NCBI GenBank assembly: GCA_013239625.1 | Contig: MU055600.1 | Span: 5,211,338 to 5,275,337 of the forward strand | Origin: Lama guanicoe | Taxonomy: Eukaryota | Direction of reading: 5' to 3' | DNA length: 64,000 nt | Shown here: positions 1-9,675 of the stretch, one piece after another | Layout: every line of letters begins with the position of its first letter | How positions within the stretch are numbered: position 1 is the stretch's first letter | Program-made: the position numbers and the translations under genes | Notes under the pieces: generated by a model | What the model was told of the DNA's origin: nothing | The model's database searches: none | The model's input: only the letters and a program-made list of their open reading frames with translations

Positions 1-27
1 ATGCCCTGAGCTCAAAGTCTTTACAAG
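1..27 (+). other. 3' end of a candidate exon, followed by a consensus splice donor
   Basis: TTTACAAG|GTAAGT at 27/28 is an optimal U2 donor. Two frames are open across 1-27 (CPELKVFT, phase 2; xALSSKSLQ, phase 1). The exon start lies outside the window and coding status is unknown. Confidence 0.45.
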
Positions 28-232
28 GTAAGTGGTCGATATGGACCTTCCCCCAGTATGGCCCTGAGAGAAGAAATAAAGGACCTGGCAGGGACAGGGA
101 GAGAGGGGAAAGCTCTCGGCTGAAAGATTGACTGATCTTGCTACAGATCAGATGGATGGTTCTAAATGACCTGTAAAGACATTCCCGGAGCCCTGGGCCA
201 CCGCATGAAGAGCCCAGACACCACTGGCACTT

Positions 233-303
233 CTGAAGTAGTTATTAGTGACTGAAGTCGCCGTTGACAACTGCGACTTCAGTTTCAAGTAATGGCTTAA
301 CAG
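233..303. other. Gapless imperfect palindrome / long hairpin
   Basis: ACTGAAGTCGC (251-261) is the exact reverse complement of GCGACTTCAGT (273-283); pairing continues in register from 236 to 298. Confidence 0.85.
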
Positions 304-898
304 CATCAACTTGAGGAAAGGTTATAACTCGGTGTGTCTGGTGTACTGCTGACACTTACAGGAAATAATTGGTAGATTGAGAGCAGAGAGAGAAGCCAGT
401 GGGTAGAACAGGAGGGGCGGTCAAAACTTAGGGCAGAGTTTCCCTGCGATTGTGCAAAACAGAGCCAGACATTCTCGCTGAGCGGCAGCCTTGAAATCAC
501 TCGCACACACAACCACACACCCCACACAGATGCCACCTGCCATCTCCACTCAAGTCAGGACAGCGACAGTCTTGTGTTTCCCTCTGTGCACTACCGAGTC
601 GCGGAGTTCTCCACCTGCCTACGCTTGCAATTCTACAAACACTACCCTGAACAATGAAAGAAATGCGTCTTCCCAGCACCTCTGGGCTGTGGGAGGTCTG
701 TGAGCAGGGCAATTAGACCTTTTTGTTCTGCGTGTTGCTCTGCAGTTTGACATAAACCATCCGTAAGACACGTGGCTCCCACACCCACCTGACTGTCGTC
801 ACGTTTCAATCAGCAGAATTTGATTTTCGGGAGGTGCTGAAGGATCGTGTTGGCAGGAGGGAGGCTGGAGACATGCTGCAGGCAAGGAGGGGAAAGTC

Positions 899-917
899 TG
901 TGTGTGTGTGTGTGTGT
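899..917. repeat. (TG)n microsatellite
   Basis: About 9 TG units, read directly. Confidence 0.95.
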
Positions 918-2644
918 TTCACACACGATTAATTCTTTGGCAATTCCCTCACACTGCGCTACCTTTGCCTTCACCAAAGCGAGACATGTAAGTGTTAAGT
1001 TTGTTGTCAAACTTATCCAGATTTTGATCCACAGCATCTTTAATTTAACTTTCCTTTAGAAGACATTATTTCTAGAATTTTTATTAAGAGATGACAACTC
1101 GAGTACATTTTTAATGCTTTCATGTCTCAGAAACAGCACCGTTGCAATTTACATATTGCCTGTAAATTGCAATGTACTTGTATGCACACGTTTGTATTAG
1201 ATCTATATTTTTATTTTGCCTTCCTAACTTCCCTTTTCTTTTCCTTCCTTCCTTTTTCCCTTTCCCTTTGGATTGTGTTTCCCCTGCCTGGCTTGTTCCT
1301 GCATGTGTCCATCAGTGAGAAAATACAGAATAGCCATACACATTTAAATGACACCAGTCATGACATAGGACCATAAAGTACATTAATAGGTTGACCTGCA
1401 CAGCGCAAGAGGCCTGAGGAGTGCCCTGACGTCCGACAAAAATGAATCAACCTTCAGTTTGGATGCAAGCAGCTGTGTTCGAAATAAGAGCAATATGGCA
1501 GATTCGAAGGATGTTCCCCTACATCACTCCTACTTGCCATTGATTGAAAATATTTAGATGGGGATCTGACAAGCCAAGTTAAGCGTGTACCCTGACTCTT
1601 GTGAAGAGTGTCTGGGGAATCACTGTGATTCACCACTGAGATGGTGGGGCTCAGGCACTTACCTTCCCTGGGAAACCACTAAGATAAGGTTAAAGTCATA
1701 AAATCAGAAGGAAAAAAAGAGAAAGAGAGAGAGAAAGATAGAATAAAATAAGTGACAAGTGAAAAGAAAACATCAGCCAAAGGCTGGCCTGCCTTGCCAA
1801 CCTGACTCCTCTCGTGAAAGGTAAACCATCGCTGACAAGGGCGTCCCCTGAGCCCAGTCGGGCTAATCAGGCGCCCCGCGTGGGCCATTGCTGCGTAGAA
1901 CAGGCTCCCTCCCAGTGAGCCAGCCGAGAGCTACCTCTCAGTCTAGTGGCAAGAGGATTCACCTGGGAGGTGGTAGACCTTCAATCTATTCCTAGAGGGA
2001 CTCCGTGTTCCCCATGATTAATTCCTCCGCTGGAGGTCTATATAACTCCACAGTCTAGTGGTCATTACCAACCGGTGTGATGGCTCCTGGACACCACTCC
2101 AGGGCAGGGCATCAGCGTGATGCTGCGGGGACCCACGGAGACTAGCTCTCTGTGGCCGTAAGGAGAATGTGATGCGAGTTCTACACACACACACGCGTAG
2201 TGCGCGCACACGCGGGAAGACTCACTTAGGAGAACTGCTGAGATGGCTTTTATTTTTGGAGTAGGAGATGCTTGTCAGACATCAACTGATAGCATCCACG
2301 GAGATGGAAGGAGGAAAATGAACTGCCTCACAACGAACTCAGATTTCACAAGCATAAAGCTGCACGCTGACATTTGTATTAGCTTAGTTTGACATGACCT
2401 AACCGTTCAGATGGGATGAAGAGAAACTCTCTTCCACCTTCGCCGGCCCCATCCCATAAAGGGCACTGTTCCCAGGTCCATGGGGGTAATAGATCATGCA
2501 AGATGTTGCAATAACCCTGCTGGCCGTTGCCCTGGAATGCAGAAACCCATGGATAGTCAAAAGCATCATGCTTTCTATAGAATTTCTAAAAATGGGAGGA
2601 TATTAACCATGCATCGAAAATGTGGAGAAGCGTTCTAATAAAAG

Positions 2645-2775
2645 CAGTGGTCCTCAAACTCCGCTAAGCCAGAGCTCGGTGGTTTAAAATACAGATTCTG
2701 GAACCTACACCCTAAGCACAAGCACATGGACTGAAACTAGGCCTGGGACTGAGCACATCTGACAAGCTGATTCCT
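2645..2775. mobile_element. MER5-like hAT-Charlie DNA transposon remnant
   Basis: CAGTGGTCCTCAAACT start and AAAATACAGATTC internal motif, typical of MER5A. Confidence 0.55.
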
Positions 2776-3259
2776 ATTATATTGTATCTATGATTATGGG
2801 TATTAATATGGCATTACAGACATTAATAGGACAGAATAAAGTATTGTTTTTAATTTATTATTTTGAAACTATTATTAGGTTAGTAATTATATACACGCAC
2901 ACACAAAAATATATTTTAATCATTTACTATTATTACCGTGGAGTGAAGTTGTGCCATGAGTCGGGCTGTGATGTGTTCCAGGCATTGCGAAAAGTCTAGC
3001 AAAGAGCAACAGCCTGGGCTCAGCACGTGTTGGGCCACTTCGCAGTTAGTTCGCAGACTTGAGAATTTTCCCTGGCAAGTTGAACACCCCCCGTGTTGTA
3101 GAGGAGGCTCCGGGAAGTGAATCATAAAAACCAAGTTAGGGCAAAGCTGCTGCTGGAAATTTGATCATCTGACTGTCATTCCCGATGACAGATTTCAGGA
3201 TATAATGAGATCATCGTCTTGCCCAACCTAATCACAATTTTTTAACAAGGATTTTCTAA

Positions 3260-3445
3260 TATATTCCTCATGCTCCATCTATGAAGTAGGTGCTATAATA
3301 AGTTTTTTTTTGCCAATGAAGAATGTACAGTTTAGGGAATTTAATTAACATGACCCATTTTCACCCTCCGAGTGAGTCGGGGAGCAGGATTCAAACTCAG
3401 GGTCTTCAACTATAGGACCCACACTGTTAATCATCATGTGATATA
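3260..3445 (-). mobile_element. MIR SINE
   Basis: Degenerate match to reverse MIR (ctatgaagtaggtgctat...gcaggattcaaactcagg...ctgttaatcat). Confidence 0.7.
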
Positions 3446-3469
3446 TCCATCTCCTCAGCATCTTATGGG

Positions 3470-3800
3470 GATGCACTGAATGTCCATGATCTGCCAAGTC
3501 TTGATTCAAGTGATGGGGACAGTGATGCTCATGACACAGCCCTTGTCTCTGGAGCCTAGAGGCAAATGGGATGCAAATCTCCCTCCCAACCCCCGACTAC
3601 ACTGGGCAATAGAGCATCCTACAGCTAACGCCATAATGAAGGAAGGACATAGACTTGCCTCTTGTGGTTCAGTTAGGAAAGACTTCCAGAGGCAGGGAAC
3701 TTGGACAGGGGGGTGACAAGGATCGGAACAGGGAAAGTAAACCAAGCAGAGGGAACAGCATGTGCAAAGGCCTGGAAGTGACAGCACACGTGGAGAAATG
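3470..3800 (-). mobile_element. L2 LINE fragment
   Basis: Reverse L2 3' region motifs (gatggggacagtg..., cagagggaacagcatgtgcaaaggcctggaag). Confidence 0.6.
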
Positions 3801-3984
3801 GTGAAGCAAATACACTTCGAGGCTGTGCACTTACGTGTGCCACTGCCCAGCTCATTAAACTGAAATCTGCCACCCCATCAGTGAGAGTGGCTAACCCACA
3901 CGATTCCCACTAGCCAAGTGGACCCAGAGGATTTGCTCAGCTCTGTGATACAGTGAGGAGGAGGATGCCCCTGACAGAGGTGGT

Positions 3985-4185
3985 GTGACATGGCAGGAAG
4001 AACCCTGGCTGTCACAGAGATCTGTTCTTAGCCTTCTCCAGCCCCCATTACTAGCCGGAAAAAATTTAAAAAGCCTTTAACCCGTCTGACCTGCAGTTTC
4101 CCCAACCATACAGGAGAATGATAAAAACCTACCCTGCAGGGTTCTTGAGGATAAGTACTAATGTATTTAAAAGGCCTGACACATA
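3985..4185 (+). mobile_element. MIR SINE
   Basis: cagtttccccaacc...ataaaaacctaccctgcagggttcttgaggat...gcctgacacata resembles the MIR core and 3' end. Confidence 0.65.
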
Positions 4186-4224
4186 TACAAACAGCAAAAG
4201 CAAAGTTAAATTACACACAGGGGA

Positions 4225-4960
4225 CAAGTATTGGAGACATATTTGGCAAAGCCATAATTTCATTGATATATAAAATACCCCTCCAAATCAGTAAGAAAAA
4301 GACCATGAAGGCTGCAGGATAGTGGACAAAAGATGTAATCAGGGAGTTCAGCACACAGTGAAGGAAACACAAAGGGGTCTTAAATACATAACCTTTACAA
4401 AGAAAACAGGCTTGCTCATATTAAAATAAGTACGGATTAAAACCACAATGAGCTATCATTCTCCACCTTTCAGATCATCCAAAAAGTTTACCATCACTCC
4501 ACGTTGGAGATGGGAGGTAGAGTTAGCAATGTCTGTTCAAAATGGAAATATACAGGCTTTGTTACCCTGGGATTCTACCTTTGGAAATTCATCATGCAGA
4601 TACACCGACACGTGTGCAGAGTATGATGAGAATGTTCACTGCAGCATATTGCGACAGAGGAAATTATGTGAAACAACTTAAATGCCAATGGAAAAGAATC
4701 TAGTTCGATAGGTCATGGTAGAGGGAAGCAGGTAGGGACTGCAAATCAGGGAGCTCGTTTATGAACTGTTGCAGAATGAGCTCCAAGCAGGCGGCCATTG
4801 GTGTGAAACACTGTATTTACTCCTACACACCTGCATACGAGTGGTAGATCTCTGGAAAAATCCACCATGACCTGATGGCATTGGTTTCCCCTGGAATGGG
4901 GAACTTAGTGGCCTGAGGACAAAATGGGTGGGAAGGTTTTCACATTTTGCCTTTTTTTTT
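4225..4960 (+). mobile_element. Ancient L1 (L1M/L1ME-type) ORF2 3' end and UTR remnant
   Basis: caaatcagtaagaaaaagacc...gtggacaaaagat...attaaaaccacaatgagctatcatt...aatgttcactgcagcatatt occur in L1 ORF2 C-terminal order; heavily decayed. Confidence 0.75.
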
Positions 4961-5185
4961 TAATCTATTAATAACACAGAAGTGTTTTTCAAAGGGGCAG
5001 AAAATTTCAAAGTATAACCAAGAAAATATGAAGACCTAACCCGTAAGAAATATTGGAACAGAACGAAAAGAGCAGGTTACTCGTCACATGAGCTGTTGAA
5101 CTAAACTTGGGGTTTTGCTCATCCGTGCACTGTATCAGTGGAGGGAAACCAAAGGTAAGATTTTGTTCTAACTGCAAATTCCCCT

Positions 5186-5376
5186 TGCAGGACATTGTCC
5201 AGAACATCCATAAGACATTTGGTTCGTGCCAAAAGGTCTTTTATATTTGGTCCTGTTCAAAACTATTTGGAATGGGCCAAATATGCTCATGGACCATTTG
5301 GATAGGCTCAAATCCAAGGAACTTTGAGGGTGATCCAAATGTCTATGGACATTTTGGATAGGATGACATGTCTGCA
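5186..5376. mobile_element. Palindromic MITE-like element, family not identified
   Basis: 5196-5222 matches the reverse complement of 5335-5360 at 22 of 27 positions; the symmetry extends about 65 bp per arm. Confidence 0.5.
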
Positions 5377-5389
5377 TTAGCGCGGAGTC

Positions 5390-5525
5390 AGCTCTATCCA
5401 TCATCTTACAAACTGTGTGACCTTTTGCAACTAACATAACCTCTCTGAGACTGACTGCATTCATAAATGAAGGGAAAATATTTGTTTTACTTATGATGAG
5501 AGCTTTAAATGAGGTGACAAAGTTA
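5390..5525 (+). mobile_element. MIR SINE fragment
   Basis: ctgtgtgacctttt...cataacctctctgag...ttaaatgaggt, MIR core. Confidence 0.6.
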
Positions 5526-6781
5526 CATTGCAGAAATGGACCTGCAGTTGTTCAATTTTGCTGCTACAATCAAGAAGAAGACGTCTTTTAACCATTTGGG
5601 GTTTGTTTGTTTGTTTGTTTGTTTGCCTTCTGTTACTGAAGTTAATGCTCAAAAATTGCCAAGCTGTTTGGCGTGTTGGGTTATTATTTTTCAGAAGTTC
5701 TAATAAAAACATAGATCCTTGTTCTTGGGCCCTAGCTCAGAATCAGGCACTAACTTGCAACACGATCTTGGCAAAGTCATTCCTTCGGTCTGCTTCAGTT
5801 GTTTTTTTTTTTTTTTAAATCTGCAAAATAATAATAACCATAATTGCATCACTTCATGGAGTGTAGCTCTCAAGTGTATATAAAAATTGTATTCATACAT
5901 AGCAATTTAAAGTCAAAACCCTTTTAATAAATAAGCCGAAGTAAATGATTTGCATAGTATAAGATGTTCATCCCCAGGATGAGTAACTGGCTGGGGACTG
6001 TGTAGGGAAGGACCAGCCACACACACTCCCGCAGCCTCATCCTTCCAATGAGCCCTATTGCAGCGAACAGGCTAGTCTTCTTTAGACACTGGTATAGATT
6101 TGTATCTTATGGGTAACTGGCAAGTAATTGTGAGAGAGAGCTTGTCTGCTGGAAATAAGAACAATGGTTGAAAAGGTGATGATTGGTCCTGAAACTAATC
6201 AGGAGCAGTGGAAAGGGAGGAAAAAGAAGAAAATCATAATTATCTTGCGGGACTTCCAGGCATCCACAAGGAAGGCTGAGGGTCTGGAGTCCGAGACCCA
6301 CCTACCTCAAAGTGGTCAGGCTAGTTTGGGGGAACTTGAACGGGGGACATTGGGCCAGCTGGGCAGGAAAGCCTACGCCCTTGCGCTGAAAGCAAGAATC
6401 CAGTTGGTCTCAGATGACTGAGCAGAGCTGTATGGAACTAAGGAATCTTCTATGTGAGATTCAATTTCTCAGCTGGCCAGACTGGCCCCTGTACTTAGTC
6501 TATAGGCATATAATTTTCTGCCTAATACAATTAATTATCAGCTAAATTCCCACTTGTATTTACTCTGCCCTCAAAACACCGAGCTGAGTGTTTTCTTATT
6601 GAGTTTGCCACTAAGTGTAACCATATTACATGGATTTCTCAAAATAATCTTAATTTCAGTATTCAAGTACAGTATTATTTTGTCCCCATGAACCATCAAG
6701 ATAACTTGAGAATTCCCATATTTGTGCAAATTCTGATTAATCACTCCAGAAGGCACTGCGTTACAAAGCGTACATATGTTA

Positions 6782-6952
6782 GGGGGGAGGGTATAGCTCA
6801 GTGGTAGAGCGCATGCTTAGCATGCATGAGGTCCTGGGTTCAATTCCTAGTATCTCCATTAAAAAATAAATGAATAAACCTAATCACCTTCCTGCTCAAA
6901 AAAAAACAAAACCAACCAACGAAACAAACAAACAGAAAAAACCTTAACATCA
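6782..6952 (+). mobile_element. tRNA-Ala-derived camelid SINE (Vic-1 type)
   Basis: GGGGGGAGGGTATAGCTCAGTGGTAGAGCGCATGCTTAGCATGCATGAGGTCCTGGGTTCAATTCC closely follows tRNA-Ala(AGC). A box 6794-6804, B box 6837-6847, A-rich tail, TSD AAAG(C/T)GTACATATGTTA at 6765-6781 and 6953-6969. Confidence 0.9.
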
Positions 6953-6969
6953 AAAGTGTACATATGTTA

Positions 6970-7094
6970 AAAGAAAAAAAATAGATGTATGTATATGTGT
7001 AACTGAATCATTTTGCTGTACACCTGAAACTAACATTGTAAATCATCTACATACCAATAAAAAAATTTTAAAGGAATAATTAAAAAGCAAAAAA
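6970..7094 (+). mobile_element. 5'-truncated L1 3' tail (cetartiodactyl type)
   Basis: gtaactgaatcattttgctgtacacctgaaactaacattgtaaatc...aataaaa, flanked by TSD copies at 6953-6969 and 7095-7112. Confidence 0.85.
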
Positions 7095-8123
7095 AAAGGT
7101 GTACATATGTTACAAAAGATACTCATAAAAGAATTAATGTTTGAAAAATATCTAGTTAATCAAAAGACCATCAACCCTTACTTTCGAACCTCAGGTGTCA
7201 TTGAATATGTCCACGTCCTGTAGTTCTAGTCACCTAGGAGCAGAATTATTTGGACAATCTGCCAGTACAGAAACCCGCATGACTGGGCTACAAGGCTAAG
7301 CTGATGAAGTACAATATAAAAAGAGAGTAAAGTTTTTCTAGTTGCTTCTGTGAACAGTCATTGTGCCTGTCAATCAAATCATTTCAAGTGCTCCAGTCCG
7401 TTTAATTATTACGTTTGATTTTAATGTCAAAATGAGTAGAAGGAGCAGGGAAAGAAATACATGCTAGGATAAGAATACATTTTTAGGGAAATTATACATT
7501 AGTGGGGGGGAAAAAGGCTCACAGACCCATATTCTTAGTTCAGAAAATATTACTCCCCAGACTTGAGCGCAACCAGAGGTGCCCCAAGTTCAAAAGTCAT
7601 GGCAGCAGATGTGGCAGCCAGAGCAGCAGGCTGGGATTGTCACGCAGCCTGGAAGGACTGTGGAACCCAGGATAAGCAGCAGGCCTTTTTGGATGACAGC
7701 TCAATGTGAAACGAGAAACCAGCCTCCGTCCGACTCCCACTGCATGGGTGTCAACATCAGAAAATGCTCCATCACACAGCTAGTACAAGCACAGCCTGAT
7801 GGACACAGAGCCTGACCTTGCTTCCCCAGGAGACAATCCCTGCGGGTCATGGGTGAGGGATGCTGGCAAGGGTCACTGAGAGGGGCGTGCGAGTACAGCT
7901 GCTTGCACAGAATCCATCCCCTAATCAACAGGGCTCAGCCTCCAGGGGTTGTCATGCCAGCCCTCTCACCAGCACTCACTGAGCAGATGAAAAGCAAAGC
8001 CCAGGAAAGCACTCTCGCTTTTAAAGATCCAAAGATGTAGGGAAAGGAAAGCACTAAGAAAGGGATTAAAGCAAAGTCTAGTTTGGATGGGAGGGCCAAA
8101 CGAGCGGGTCGTGTGGAGCTTCA

Positions 8124-8478
8124 ACCTGAGTCCTTTACTACAGAGACAAAAAAGAGCTTTGCTTAAAAGCGGTGTAAAGAAAGAGGAAGAGGGATGATGG
8201 ATGGATGGATGGATGGATGGATGGATGGATGGATAGATGGGTGGATGGATAAATGAATGGACGGATGGATGGATGCATAGGTCAATAAATGATAAATAAT
8301 ATATTCAGGTTTCTGGTTACACCTGAGTCCTTTACTGCAGAGACAAAAAAGAAAGAGTTCTGCTTAAAAAGTGATATAAAGAGATGATGGATGGATGAAC
8401 GGATGGGTGGATGGATAAGAGGATGGGTGGATAAGTAAATAAATGACAGATCATATATTTAGGTTTCTAGTTACACCT
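8124..8478. repeat. Diverged tandem duplication (units of about 197 and 154 bp), each containing a (GGAT)n tract
   Basis: ACCTGAGTCCTTTACT(A/G)CAGAGACAAAAAAGA starts at 8124 and 8321; both units end ATATT(C/T)AGGTTTCT(G/A)GTTAC. Confidence 0.9.
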
Positions 8479-9449
8479 TTACATCTACAATTATGTCTGC
8501 ACTTACAGCTTCTCTCCTCTTACCCAGGTAGCCATGCTCGAGACGCATCGACTCAGGCAGTGAGCACATGGACTCCACTTTTACATAATCAGAGCCATTT
8601 AACTTCCCCAGTTGACTGCCTCAAAACGAAATCCTGCCCTGTGGCCTTCTGTGATATGCAGAATCCTTCAGAGCCCTGAAGGCACCTGTCTGACTCCCTG
8701 GCTTATTGGGTGGCTGGAGGCCGCTTCAATTCTGGGCGAGGGGAGTGACGCATCCTGCCTCTAGGAAAAATAAAAGTCCTCAGCTGCACCGCACTGTGCC
8801 TTTAGCAGGTGCCTCAGTGTCAAAGGCATTAAGGCTCCTTGTCTCCTGTGCTTGGCTCAGTGCTGTCTCCTCCTTCTCATCGCCCACACTGCCCCCACCC
8901 CGCACCCCATCTCTCTCTCTCACTAGGTTATCGTCAGTGACTACTAGCTGGCCTGGAAGTGGAGATGTCAAACTGAGCCTGCAAAGCTCGCCATTTATGA
9001 GCCCTTCCAACTGGAAAGAAGTAGGACCTGGTGGTGGTCCTTCCACGTGGAAAAAAAGATATGTTTCTCATACGTTTGTCCAGACCAGTTACACACATAT
9101 AGGTCAATTCGTTCTGACATCTACTACATTTGTCCTGATTTTCAGCCCATCCTAGGAAAAAACAAAGAAAGAAAGAAAAAACTAAGAAGACATAGTCATA
9201 TGGTATTCTACATGCTTGCCGAGGATCTGAAAGCAGAGGCTGAATGAGTGAATTCACTAATTGAGCCGACAGTTACTTAGAGCAATAGATGTTATTTGTA
9301 TATCCGTGTTCTCTAACAATGACAACAGCATAAATGTTTTAATCCTTGAGGAGGCTACCTACATAATTTTTACATGTTTGGATTTCATGAACTTCTGGTA
9401 CGAAAAATAGGTAGGTGAAACTTGCCATTAAAAGTGTTAGTGGTAATGG

Positions 9450-9675
9450 CCAATATTGTCCAGTGCTGAAGTGTCCCTAGTTATTTTAATGGATTATCTG
9501 TAAATCTGTCAATAACCTTACGAGATGAGAATTATGACTACAACCTCATTTTGTAAGGAAGGAAAACTGAGGCACAGAGAGGTGAATGGCCCATGCAGAA
9601 TCTCATGGGGGCAAAAGGTGGACCCAGGCGATCAGACTCCAGAATGTGTTCCCCTTAAATACCATGCGATGCTGT
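9450..9675 (-). mobile_element. MIR SINE
   Basis: cattttgtaaggaaggaaaactgaggcacagagaggtgaatgg is the reverse MIR core. Confidence 0.8.

Noticed and set aside
6782-6860. tRNA-Ala(AGC) gene
   Set aside because: It has a SINE-type 5' extension, A-rich tail and TSD, and a second diverged copy lies at 59426-59572; it is a SINE.
6765-8478. Repeat-spacer-repeat patterns as a CRISPR-like array
   Set aside because: Only 2-3 copies, spacers are retroelements or microsatellite, and the context is mammalian; explained by TSDs and tandem duplication.
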